From Octopus sinensis (taxonomy: Eukaryota), in the NCBI RefSeq assembly GCF_006345805.1, contig NC_043003.1, positions 69,378,001 to 69,442,000 of the forward strand: a stretch of 64,000 nucleotides of DNA, given 5' to 3'. The translations under genes were made by a program, and so were the position numbers. Shown one piece after another: positions 38,109 through 50,613 of the stretch (within the stretch, counting starts at the first letter, position 1; each line of letters begins with the position of its first letter). The notes beneath the pieces are model-generated. The model was given only the letters and a program-made list of their open reading frames with translations. It ran no database searches and was not told where the DNA came from.

Positions 38109-39359
38109 TTGGGTTGGCAAGAAAGAAATTTCGTTTTTAGCAAATAGAGTTATGATTTTTTTGAATGGCTTGTCAATATTATGACTTTTTTCCCTTTTGA
38201 CATTTGATAGCCGTTACTTTTAGCTTACTTTAGAAGAGAACTGCATGTAATTTTGTTTACAACTGTTAGTCAGTGTCAATTTTAACATGGAGTGCAAAAA
38301 CGGACATTTTCACCATATTTTGCTTTTTATTTCCAGAAAGGCAAGTAAGCTGCTGAGGCTCACAAAGAAATATGTGAAGTTTATGGTGTTGATTGCTTAA
38401 CATAATGCACATGTCAGATATGGTTTTAAAAATTGTGTTCAGGAGATTTTTCACTCAAAGATGACCAACATTCTGGTCAACCTACCAAAGTTGATAACCA
38501 AATCAAAGTCATAATTGAATCTGATTGTCATATAACTGTGCGAGAGATTGCAGAGAGGTTAAATGTATCACACACAATTGAAAATAACTTAAAATGTCTT
38601 GGACTCATTAAGCTTGATATTTGGGTTCCACACAAATTGAAAGATTCATTTAACACAACGATTCAATATTTGCGATACGTATGTCAAATGCAATAAAATT
38701 GACCCTTTTTTGAAACGAACTGATGATGAAAAATGGATTGTCTCCAATAACATCAATCAAAAACTATCATGATCCAAGCGTAATGAACCAGCACAAACCA
38801 CAATGAAAGCTGAACTGCATAGAAAAAAAAAAGTCATGCTATCAATTTAGTGGGATTACAAAGGTGTTGTGTATTTTGAGCTGCTTCCAAGGAACCATAT
38901 GACCAATTCAGATGTTTACTGTCAACAACTATTGAAACTGGAGGAAGTAATCAAAGAAAAATGGCCTAAATTGGTAGATCATAAAGGAATCATATTTCAC
39001 TATGACAATGCTAGACTACACATGTCTTTGCTAACTTGTGAAAAATTATTGGTAAGCGATGTCACATCCACCATATAGCTCTGACCTTGCACCAGCAGAT
39101 TGCCATTTATTTCATTCTTTGAATGGTAAAAATTTCAATAATGATGATGACCTGGAATCACACTTGCTTCAGATTTTGACCGATAAGGACCAGAAGTTCT
39201 ACAAGTGCGGATTCATGGAGTCGTCAGAAAGATGGAAAAAGGTCATCAAACAAAATGGAAAATATACAACTGATGAAAGTTCATTCTTTGTACGACAAAA
39301 AAAGAAAAAAAATGACTTATTTCACACTAAAAACCAAAATGACTTTCTAGTCAACCCAA
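38109..39359 (+). mobile_element. Near full-length decayed mariner element (about 1.25 kb)
   Basis: Imperfect TIRs ttgggttggcaagaaag / ctttctagtcaacccaa; internal transposase remnants. Confidence 0.92.
38288..39275 (+). pseudogene. Mariner DD34D transposase pseudogene
   Basis: WVPHKL, DEKW, HYDNARLH and HPPYSSDLAPADCHLF motifs spread over several frames with stops. Confidence 0.92.
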
Positions 39360-40174
39360 CAGTAATCTATTAGTAACTGGCTAATTAAAACAAGGCACTG
39401 TTAATCATAAATTATGAGTTATAAATTCAACATCTTATCCACTAAGCTATTTCACTCCAAAAATGAATAAATTACAAGAAAATTAAAGTGATATTTATTA
39501 GTATCATCATCATTCAACATCCGTTTTCCATGCTGGCATGGGTTGGATGGTTCAAACAGGATCAGCACCAGGTTCCATAGTCTGTTTTGGTAATGTCTTC
39601 TACAGATGGATACCTTTATTAATGCCAACCACTTTACACAGGGCTTTTTACATAAGCACCAGCACCAGTGTTTTTTTTTTTTACTTTTTAACAAAGAATA
39701 TGGTTGCAAATGATAATTAAAAGACTGACTGCTGAAACAAGTAAAAGAATAAAAAACCCAGCTGATTGATTGATCAAACAATCAATCAGTTAAATGTTAG
39801 TGAATTTAATAATAAAAGTGAAATAGAACCAGTGTGTGTATGTTAGTTATTTATTTATTTATTGCTCACAGGGGGCTAAACAGAGGGGACAAACAAGGAG
39901 ATTAAATTGATTACATCGACCCCAGTGTGTAACTGGCACTTATTTAATCAACCCCAAAAGGATGAAAGGCAAAGTCGACCTCGGCGGAATTTGAACTCAG
40001 AGCGTAAAGACAGACGAAATACCGCTAAGCATTTCTTCCGACATGCTAACGATTCTGCCAGCTCACCGCCTGTATGTGTATTGTTGACATAATGACCCTG
40101 CTGAGATACAACAAAATTTTAAAGATTGTTATACATTTCCAACATCCATTAATGTATAAGAACTCAAAATTTAC

Positions 40175-40461
40175 CTTTGAATAAACTTGTCTCATTTGTG
40201 TTTCAGCTTGTAAAGGTTCTTCATTGAAGGCATAGATAGGATCGGGTACTGAGTTACTATCAATATAGCCGTTGTTTCCTTCTGATAAAGGAGCTGATTG
40301 GGATTGAATATATTCAACAAAACCAGGTCTATCTTCTTGAAATGTGCCATTTCCTTGATCTGCAAAGTTGAACTGTTCAGCCAAATCAACAGTAATTTTT
40401 GTGTCAAGATCCGTTTCATAATAAGTCGTCGATTGGTTTGGTGTCCTACTTAGTTCTTCTT
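40175..40461 (-). CDS. PLEKHA-like exon (EELSRTPNQSTTYYETDLDTK...RQVYSK)
   Basis: 287 nt, phase 1/0, cttcag acceptor, gtaaat donor; overlaps ORF 40046-40384. Confidence 0.88.
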
Positions 40462-40995
40462 CTGAAGAAAAGAAACGGTGTTGAATGTATTAATTTCTAT
40501 TCAAAGAATTATGGTTGTATTTGTGTAGCTTTTAACTTTTACTTCTGGTTTTTTTTTTTGCTCTCTCTCTCACATTCATTTGTGTTTTTGCAATTAATTT
40601 TGTTTATTATTGTATGTTTTAGCAATTAATTTTGTTTATTATTCCAATGATTGGTGTTTATTTTCAAATTTCTGTACCTACACCACTCAAATGACTATTC
40701 ATTTTAATTAAACATGGCAAACTCACTAGTGCCAGTGTCACATAAAAAGCGTCCAATTCCCTCTGTTAAGTGGATGGCATTAGGGAGGGCATCCAGCCAT
40801 AGAAACCATGGTAAAGCAGACATTGCAGCTTGTCACAGTCCTCTGGCTTGCCAGCTTCTGTCAAAACCATCCATTACATGCCAGCATAGAAAACATTAAT
40901 TAGGATAACGACGAATCTAATTTTAGATATTTGCATGTTGTATGAATTACAGTCATCATGAAATTACACCAAATTTTATTATGTGTTCTACTTAC

Positions 40996-41131
40996 CCACA
41001 GATCCTGGAGATTTTAGAGTATTTAAAGCTTCTGATAAACGGGCAGCTTCTTTGTTCAAATTAAGCATTACATCCTGTACACGATGTAAATCTTTTTCCA
41101 TTTGGTATCGAGTGTTGGTAGGATCTCCAGG
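40996..41131 (-). CDS. PLEKHA-like exon (PGDPTNTRYQMEKDLHRVQ...KSPGSV)
   Basis: 136 nt, phase 0/1, ttccag acceptor, gtaagt donor. Confidence 0.9.
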
Positions 41132-41683
41132 CTGGAAACGGAAATTATTAAATGATTATCTTTGCAATAAAGAGATGTAGAATAATATTGATTTCAAATT
41201 TTGGCACAAGGCCAGCAATTTCAGGAGTGAGGATAAATCAATCACATTGATCCTAGTATTCAACTGGTACTTATTTTATCAATGCTGAAAGGATGAAAAG
41301 CTAAGTCAACATCAGCAGAATTTGAACTCAGAATGCAAAGACATATGCTGCTGCTAAGCATTGTGCCTGGTATGCTAACAGTTCTGCGAGTTCGCCACCT
41401 TAACAGAATAATCTTAAAAGTAATAGGAATATTATTCGTCAACATATGATACTTCAATCTGTTCTGAAAACTGTAAAAAGAAAAATGTCTACCTCAAGCA
41501 AAGTCAACTGAAGCAGAATTTGAACTCAGAACGTAGGGCAGATGAAACAACTAAGCATTTGCGCGGTGTTCTAATGATTCTGCCAGCTCACTGCTTTATA
41601 CCAGTTTAATAATAACTATTTTACAAAATTCGTTATTTTCAAAATTAATGGAAACAACGATAATGTATTTCAAAAGAAACATT

Positions 41684-42086
41684 CAGTTCTATATTTAAGA
41701 GATGAGGGATTATGTACATTATTTACATTTGACAAATGTTTGTCCTCATCTTGTTTGTCGTTAACACGTTTCGGCTGATATATCCTCCAGCCTTCATTAA
41801 GTGTCTTGGGGAAATTTTGAACCTGAGTTCTCATTCCTAGGGTATTTTTCGATGTTATTATTATTATTATTCAGGTCACTGCCTAGAATCGAACTAGGAA
41901 TCTTGGGGTTAGTAACCAGTGTTCTTAACCACTACACCATATGCCCATGGGCATACCTTAGGAATAAGAACCCAGGTTCAAAACTTCCCCAAGACACCTA
42001 ATGAAGGCTGGAGGGTATGTCAGCCGAAACGTTGTGTTAACAACAAACAAGATGAGGACAAATATGCGTCAAATGTAAATAATGTA
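41684..42086. mobile_element. Family A fold-back element
   Basis: Minus arm with tRNA-like head, plus arm 41953-42086, TSD AAAAGAAACAT at 41672-41682 and 42086-42096. Confidence 0.8.
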
Positions 42087-42125
42087 AAAGAAACATGGTA
42101 ACATGGGTTAAAGAATCAAACTCAC

Positions 42126-42233
42126 CAAATTCGGTGCACTTCGACTTCGATTCAGGTCACCATGTACTTTTGAGCGCAACAAAGCTATTTCATGCTCCAG
42201 TTTACTGCTCTCTGCAGTGAGTTCTTCAAGTCT
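42126..42233 (-). CDS. PLEKHA-like exon (RLEELTAESSKLEHE...RSRSAPNL)
   Basis: 108 nt, phase 0/0, ttacag acceptor, gtgagt donor. Confidence 0.9.
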
Positions 42234-42482
42234 CTGTAAAGAAACATTTCCTTTTTTTTTAATATGCAATACAAAATATTATTTGTTCAACCAACATCAC
42301 AAGCTGAAATCTAAAAATCTGCTTAAATGAACAACCTGAGAGAAATATCCAAAATAAACATGAAAACGTTGTTGGTGTTTGGTCAGATTTGTTTTATTAA
42401 AAGACGAATATTCAACTGAAACACCTTACAAAATCTAAACTTTCAATACCTCAAATATTCTCGGAAATTATCAGGTATTTAC

Positions 42483-42635
42483 CTTTGATGCTTCTGCTAG
42501 TTGTTGCATTGCTCGAGAGAGTTCCCTCTTAATGCTATATTCCTTGTGGCGGAAATGTTCAAGTTGCCGGGGATCAATGGTGTGTTGGTTCTGCTGCTCA
42601 ATTAAAACACCTCTAAGAGTTGTCTCGAGTGATTC
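42483..42635 (-). CDS. PLEKHA-like exon (ESLETTLRGV...QQLAEASK)
   Basis: 153 nt, phase 0/0, cttcag acceptor, gtaaat donor. Confidence 0.9.
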
Positions 42636-44129
42636 CTGAAGAGAAATTACAATATGAAATTAACAAATAACCAGTAACAAACAGTTCTTTCTACTGGAAG
42701 CACAAAGCCTCAAATTTGGAGGAAGGGATTAAGTCGATTACATCGAGGCCAGTGTGTAACTGGAATTTATTTTATCGACCCCCGAAAGGATGAAAGGCAA
42801 AGTCAACTCCAGTAAAATTTGAACTCTGAACATAGTGGCAGACGAAATATTGCTAAGCATTTCGACTGGCATGCTTATAGTTCTGCCAGTTTGTCACCTA
42901 GTAACAAACATAATACAGACATTTCACTGTCAAGATCTCATGTCCACTTTCCCAATCTGGCATCGGTCAGATGGAATTTATTGAGGCAAATTTTCTACAA
43001 GTGGATGACCGTATTGTTACCAACACTGGTTCCAGGCAAAGTTATATTTCAAATGGCCAGGCATGTTTTTTTCATGGAAGGCTGGAAACAAACAACATCA
43101 CATATTCTTTTATTCCTTTCAATCATTTGACTGCAGCCATGCTGGAGCACCACCTTTAGTCAAAGAAATCAACCCCAGAACTTATTCTTTGCAACCTATT
43201 GGTCTCTTTAGCCAAACCACTAAGTTACAGGGGCATAAACACACCAACATTGGTTGTCAGGCAGTGGGGTGGGGGACAAACACAGACACGCAAATATATA
43301 CATATTTATATTTATACACATACACAACGGGCTTCTTTCAGTTTACCAAATCCACTCACAAGGCTTTAGTCGGCCCAATGCTATAGTAGAAGACACTCGC
43401 CTAAGGTGCCATACAGTGGGACTGAACCTGGAACCATGTGATTGGGAAGCAAACTTCTTACAACACAGAAGATGCTCATTTACAACCATCACATGACATC
43501 TGGACAAGGGTATACACATACACACACATACCGTATGAGGCTTCTTTCAGTTTCCCTCTACCAAATCCATTCACAAGGCTTTGATTAGCCCAGGGCTATA
43601 GAAAACTCTTACTCAAAGTGCCACGCAGTGGGACTGAACCCAAGACCATACATTTGGGAAGCAAGCTTCTTGACAACACAGCCACATCTGAGCATATACA
43701 GCTAAGACAGCAGAACATACTGGAAAACAGTTTTGTACAATAAAGCCACATATCACAATGCTATATCAAACTAAAAAAAAAAAGCATAACAAATATTGTC
43801 TGTCTGTGAATTTATTCAGTCTTAACATCAAGTAACACCAACAAAAATCAAGCCAATCACCTGCCTTATGTCTTCCCAAATCCCCAAAGGATTATTTCCA
43901 AACTTAAGACATTTAATGTTTTTACTACCAATGGATATATCAAAGACAATTGTTTTGAGGTTACTACTTAGCTCCTTCTACACAATACCAATTGGACATT
44001 TCTGGAACATTTTTAGAAAATATGTAGCCTATTCTTAATTAAATATAGAGTTTCTTTCATAGATCAAAAAAATATAATAAACAGCTTTTTGTGTGTAAAA
44101 CTCCATGCTGTACAAAGTAGTAATAATAA

Positions 44130-44500
44130 TAGCAAGAGTACTTCGAGAGCGCAAACCTCTGCCAAGGCAACACTGACGTCCTCTCAACAATTAGCCAGAA
44201 ATGGTTTTTAAAATGAGAATATCTGAAATAAACTCGACAGCTCTCACAAATGACAATACTAAAAATGAACCCAATCGCTCTCAAAAATTAAGTAAAAAAG
44301 AAAAAGGAAAAATAATCTAGAATCTTTGTCTGGTACCAGATTGAGCCCAAAATCTAATCAGTTTGTGTCAGTCACCAGGTCAAATATCCCTGAAAGTATC
44401 ATCCGAATCCATCCAGTAGTTCTTGAGATATCTTGTCCAAAGTCAGATAAACAAACACAACTGAAAAACAGTACCTCTGTCTTCGCTAAGGTGGAGGAAA
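44130..44500 (-). mobile_element. Helentron-associated (HINE-like) non-autonomous element
   Basis: Terminal hairpin acctctgtcttcgctaaggtggagg and subterminal acctctgccaagg inverted repeat; copies at 48523-49510 and 51660-52030. Confidence 0.55.
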
Positions 44501-44819
44501 TAATCCTTTTTACTTTAGGCACAAGGCCTGAAATTTTGGAGGAAAGTGGTAGGGGATTACATCGACCCTAGTACTCAGCTAGTACTTATTTTATCGACCC
44601 CAAAAGGATGAAAAGCAAGGTTGACCTCGGTAGAATTTGAATTCAGAAAGATAAAACCAGTAAAAAATGCAACTAAGCATTTTGTCCAGCATGTTAAGGG
44701 TTTTCCAAACTCACTGCCTTAAATACTGGTTTCGAATTGACACAAGGGCAGCAACTTTAGGGAGTGGGAGCAAATCAACTACGTCAATCACAGTCCTTGA
44801 CAGATGCGTATTTTATCAA

Positions 44820-45536
44820 CTATGGACACACAAGAGGTGCAGCAATATCAAAGGAAGGTTAACTGGGAAGATAGTTTTTGTGTGTGACAGATGCACAGGG
44901 GCAATAAACACTGAAGATGTACAGAAAACAGATTCCATCACATGCCAGGGAGTAAACTAGAGGTAGTTAATAACTTCTGTTACCTAGGTAACCAAGTCTG
45001 TAGTGGGGGGTGGATGCTCTGAGAGCATAGCTGCAAGAATAAGAATAGCCTGGGCAAAGTTCTGAGGGCTCCTATCTTTGCTGGATAACAAAGGGTCTCT
45101 CAAATAGAGTGAAAAGTAGACTGTATGATGCCTGTGTGTGAATAGCCATGCTACATACCAGTGAAACATGGGCTGTGATTGCTGAGCACATGCGTAGGCT
45201 TGAAAGAAATGAAGCTAGTATGCTCCACTAGTAGTGTGATGTCAGTTTGCATACACAACAAAGTACTCTGAGAGAAAAGTTGGGCATAAGAAACATCAGA
45301 TGTGAGGTGCAAGAGAGATGACTGTGCTGGTATGGTCATGTGTTGCATATGGATGAAGACAGCTGTGTGAAGTGTCACACCCTAACAGTGGAGGGAACCT
45401 GTGGAAGAGGTAGACCCAGAAAGACATGGGATGAGGTGGTGAAGCACAACCTTCAAACACTGGGCCCCTCAGAAGCAATGATAAAGTGACTGAGACCTTT
45501 GGAGATATACTGTGCTTGAGAAAACCCCGGCAAGCC
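44820..45536 (+). mobile_element. RTE LINE 3' fragment
   Basis: WTHKRCSNIKGRL...FVCDRC, YLG, RIRIAWAKF and GRPRKTW motifs with stops. Confidence 0.8.
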
Positions 45537-45737
45537 ACTGCTGATGCCAGTGTCACATAACTGGCTAATTTACAAGTACCCCTCAATCACTAACACAGAC
45601 ACAAAACACATTTGACAGACAATTATAACTTACTTAGATATTCTATTTGAGCAGTTTAATTAATGAACTGAAATTTGATACAATTATTATCTTCAGCAAT
45701 TGATTAAATTAAGAAACCACACAAAAGCCAGACAAAC

Positions 45738-45818
45738 CTTATCTTCCTTGAGACCCGTCACTGCTAAGCTCATCTCCTGGATTAATTTGTCAAGTATGTA
45801 CAACCGCTCCATTTTTTC
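45738..45818 (-). CDS. PLEKHA-like exon (EKMERLYILDKLIQEMSLAVTGLKEDK)
   Basis: 81 nt, phase 0/0, ttgcag acceptor, gtttgt donor; coiled-coil pattern. Confidence 0.88.
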
Positions 45819-46249
45819 CTGCAAGATAAACCAATAAGCATTTTTTTTACTTGTTTCAGTCATGTGACTGCGGCCATGCTGGAGCACTGTCTTCAGTTAA
45901 ACTAATCGAACCCAGGACTTATTCATTGTAAGCCTAGTATTTATTTTATCGGTTTCTTTTGCCGAACCACTAAGTTATGAGGACATAAGCACACCAACAT
46001 CAGTTGTCAAGTGATGATGAGGTGGCAAACACAGACACAAATACACACATACATATATGTGTATATACATATACATATGGGCTTCTTTCAGTTTCCATCT
46101 ACCAAATCCACTCACAAGGTTTTGGTCGGCCCAAGTAGTAGAAGACACTTGCCCAAGATGCCTCGCAGTGGAACTGAACCCGGAACCATGCACTTCTTAC
46201 TACACAGCCACGCCTGCATATTCCTGGGTATATATGTGAAAGGTTGAAC

Positions 46250-46560
46250 ACTCATCGTCATAACCAACATCCGATCGTCGTGTCCGCTGCCAGCCTCACC
46301 TGGCCCCCGTGCCAGTGACACGTAAAAGCACCATCCGTTCGTGGCTGTTTGCCAGCTCCGTCTGGCACCTGTGCAGGTGGCACGTAAAAAGCACTCACTA
46401 CACTCACGGAGTGGTTGGCGTTAGGAAGGGCATCCAGCCGTAGAAACACTGCCAGATCTGACTGGGCCTGATGCAGCCTCCCGGCTTCACAGACCCCAGT
46501 TGAACCGTCCAACCCATGCTAGCATGGAAAACGGATGCTAAATGATGATGATGATGATGT
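46250..46560 (+). mobile_element. Young RTE-tailed repeat copy
   Basis: CpG-rich, (GAT)n tail. Confidence 0.8.
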
Positions 46561-46871
46561 TAGTGGTTCGGGTATTTGGCTCAATCATAAGATCATGAGT
46601 TTGAATGCTTGTAGTGTGTTGGGTCCTTGAGCTAGACAATTTATTTCATGTTGCTCCAGACCACTCAGCTGGCAAAAATGAATTCTACCTGTAAATCAGG
46701 GCCAGCCTTGCTACATTCCGGACCACACAGAAGATCCCTGGGAATTACATTAAATGTACATGTGTCTGTGGAATACTCAGCGAGTTGCACATTAATTTGA
46801 GTAGGCTGTTCCATTGATTGGATTAATTGAACACTCATCGTCATAACCAACAAAGTGCCTCTTTGTGAGAA

Positions 46872-46916
<45 letters not shown>

Positions 46917-46921
46917 TGTGT

Positions 46922-47180
46922 AATTCAATTGTCACTAATTGTGACTGACTGTGCAGAGTAGCACCTACATTGCTAGAAATAAGAGCTAAAAACCCTTAGA
47001 GCCACAAAGAAGAACATGTCTGTGCACTGACAAGGGAGATCTGACTTGCTGTGGGGTGGTTATCTCCCCTGTCAGTGCATAGACATGTTCTTCTTTGTGG
47101 CTCTAAGGGTTTTTAGTTCTTATTTCTAGCAATGTAGGTGCTACCCTGCACCATCGCTCACAATTCGTTACAATTGAATT
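46922..47180. repeat. Long near-perfect inverted repeat (about 118-bp arms, ~22-nt loop)
   Basis: Arms read directly as reverse complements with few mismatches. Confidence 0.9.
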
Positions 47181-48123
47181 TTTCCATCTTGGTGGGTTTT
47201 ATATTACATATAGCCACCTTCATTATTTTATCATCATCATCATATATGTATAATCACTGAAGCAACAATTTATTTCCCTCAATTGTTTCCAATGTACTTT
47301 AACAGCATTATTTAAACAGTTACACATTCTTTATAAAAAAGAAAAAAAGAAAAAAAAAACCTATTCCTCTGTATATTGTGCTTTTTTTCCTTTCTTGTTT
47401 ATTTATTGAATTTCTTGTGGTTTTTATGTAGTCATAGAATGTAGAAATAGACTTTACGTAGCATAGAAATTGTTTTTAATGAGAAAATGTCAGATTTTAA
47501 AATCAGACAACCAAAAACAGAAAACAATAACAATGATAATAATGAAAAACAGAGGTGCAATTTAAATTTAAAATACTTATCCATGAAATCGTTTTTCGAA
47601 GGAAAATCACTTTTAACCAAATAAAATGTTTGTGAAGTAATTTAAACTGTCATTCAGAAGAACTGCAAAATTGTTTGATTTAGTCTGATAAATTAACATC
47701 AGACATGCACAGAACACACACACTACAATACTAAAACTTTAAAAAAATTAAATAAAAAGGTGCTTCTACACTGTTGGTTGATCTGCTACAAATATCAACC
47801 AGATTTCTCTCATATCACATCATAATAGCTTAAACAGTGAAGTTGCTAGTGTATTTCCAAAGCAGCCCTTGAGTTTTCCTAACCACACCCTACAGGATTA
47901 CACTACATGACCCCAACAATTTGCATATTTTTTCAAATGTAGGATTTCTTTTATTAAAATGCACATGTTAATAATTATGAAATTTGCAATTTGAATACTT
48001 CTTCATTTTTGTCACATAACGTGTTTTCAATTTGTGGCTCAACTTCATAAGAAATTTCGATTGTTGAGTATTTTCTTCAGACCACCAAATTCATCAAAAA
48101 TAGAAAAAATAATAATTTCAAAC

Positions 48124-48258
48124 CTCCAAATCTGCTTCATCTTGGGTCAACTCTTGAACATCTTTCTCTATCTGTTGGAAAATTTGCTCTTCTTGATGTT
48201 TACGAGAGAACTCAATCATATTCTTTGGAGGAATATACTCATCAGGATGGAGAATGTG
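48124..48258 (-). CDS. PLEKHA-like exon (HILHPDEYIPPKNM...QDEADLE)
   Basis: 135 nt, phase 0/0, tttcag acceptor, gtttga donor. Confidence 0.88.
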
Positions 48259-48310
48259 CTGAAAGATAAACAAAATTGCCAATAATAATAACAACAATAA
48301 TAATAATAAC

Positions 48311-48342
<32 letters not shown>

Positions 48343-48522
48343 CAATAACAATAACAATAATAATAATAATAATCCTTTCTACTAAAGGCACAAGGCCTGA
48401 AATTTCAGGGGAGGAGGTAAGTCAATAACATCAACCCAAGTATACAACTGCTACTTATTTCGGAATTTGAACTCAGAATGTAGAGACAGGTGAACAATTC
48501 TGCCAGTTCACTGCCTTAATAA

Positions 48523-49510
48523 TAACAAAAGCACTCAGAGAGAGCAAACCTCTGCCTAGGCAACACCAACGTCCTCTCAATGATTAACCAGAGGCGATTT
48601 TTAAAATGAGAAAATCTGAAATGAACTCAAATCTTCTCACAAATAAGAATACTAAAAATGAATCCAACCACTCTCACAAATGTAGGGAAAAAAACAGTAA
48701 ATTAATCCAGAATCTTCATCCGGTACTTGATCGATCTCAATCGTAGTCATGGAATGTGAAGGTGTTTGTAAAGCTGTGTGTGTCGTCTGCAGTGGAGACA
48801 GGGACAGGTTTCTCTATGAAGGCCATTTTCAGCATATCCACTGATATAGTGTCTTTACAAGGTCTATAGTGAAAAATTTATTCATGCTTGAAAGAAAACA
48901 GAAAGGACCTGCATATGGTGCTGTTAACGGAGGTTTAACAACAGCGTTGTGCACAAAAACGTGAGTCCAAGAAGTAAAGCCTCCATCAAGAAGTGCAATT
49001 GTCAAGCAGGTAAGAGGTTTTAAATAGGAGCGATATATTCAAAATTGGTAAAACTATAAATTGTCATGGATAAATTAAATTTACTATTGTTACTGAATAT
49101 GTTAGTGTTATTTAATTTCTGAATGGTTTTGCTGCCGTTTTGTTTATGTAGTTTGATTTCTGTATCTATCAGTTTCTACTAAGATAAAGACACATGTAGA
49201 ATTAATAATAGAGAAATGAAAATAAAACTTTAGAAACAGCAACATCACCATAGCTTATGGGGAAACCATGAGCGTGCTTTCAAGAGAGATAATCAAAGAT
49301 TATAATACTTCATGTAAAGTAAATATAACAATCCAGAATCCTTGTCCAGTACTTAATCAATCCCAAAATCTAATCAGTTTGTGCCAGTTATGAGGTCAAA
49401 CATCCCTGAAAGTTTCATCCAAATCCATCCAGCAGTTCTTGAGATATCTTGTCCATGAACAAACAAACACAACTGAAAACAATACCTCCACTTTCGCTAA
49501 GGTGGAGGTA
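48523..49510 (-). mobile_element. HINE-like element interrupted by about 590 bp of unrelated sequence
   Basis: Matches the 44130 family at 48523-48740 and 49330-49510. Confidence 0.55.
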
Positions 49511-49989
49511 ATAATAATAATAATAATAATAATAATTTCAAATTTTGGCACAAGGCCAGCAGATTTTGGAGAGGTACTAAGTCCATTAAGTCAACCCCAG
49601 TGTTCACCTGCTACTTATTTTATCGACTCCAAGAGGATTGAAAGGCAGAGTCAACCTAGGAGGCATTTGTACTGAGAACATAAAGATGGATAAAATGCTG
49701 GCAAGTATGCTAATGTCCAGTCTGCTAATGATTCTGGCAGCAGCAGCAGCAGCCGCCGCCGCCTCCGCCACCACCACCACCGGTCTTATCTGGCAACGTT
49801 TCTACAGCTGGATGCCCTTCCTAACACCAACCACTCCGTGAGTGTAGTGGGTGCTTTTTACGTGCCACCTGCACTGGTGCCAGGCGAGGCTGGCATCGGC
49901 CACGGTCGGATTGGTGCATTTTATGGAAGCCAGTCGTGGCGGCACTGGCTTCGGCCACGATTTGGATGGTGCTTTTTACGTGCCACCGA

Positions 49990-50023
<34 letters not shown>

Positions 50024-50290
50024 GCCACCATCATCATTGTCATTTAGACATCTTTCCTATGCTTGCATGGGTCAGATAAGTGCATTAAGGCAGAGGTTTT
50101 CTACCTAAGAATTAAGTAAAAGTTAATCCAGTCAATCGAATAGTTGTATCTTAATAGATTACACTGAATTCATATTTACTCTAGAATTGATGTGAATTTG
50201 ATTGCTTATATGTAAATATTGAGGACAAGAAGAACATCCAGCCACAGAAAAGTTTCATCTAACTAAAGTTAGATATGATAAAATAGATAT

Positions 50291-50613
50291 GGCACAGGAG
50301 TGGCTGTATGGTAAGTAGCTTGCTTACCAACCACATGGTTCCAGGTTCAGTTCCATTGCGTGGCACCTTGGGCCTTGTGAGTGGAGATGGTAAACAGAAA
50401 CTGAAAGAAGTCTATCGTATATGTGTGTGTGTGTTTGCCCCCACAACATCGCTTGACAACCGACGTTGGTGTGTTTACGTCCCCGTAACTTAGCAGTTCA
50501 GCAAAAGATACCGATAAAATAAGTACAAGGCTTACAAGGAATAAGTCCTGGAATCAACTAAAGATGGTGCTCCAGCATGACCACAGTCAAATGACTGAAA
50601 CAAGTAAAAGAAT
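50291..50613 (+). mobile_element. tRNA-derived SINE of the octopus OK/OR type
   Basis: ggagtggctgtatggtaagtagcttgcttaccaaccacatggttccaggttcagt head, 3' end gtcaaatgactgaaacaagtaaaag; related copies near 4160, 12300, 13665, 43110, 45845, 54360, 54980, 60745, 61320. Confidence 0.75.
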
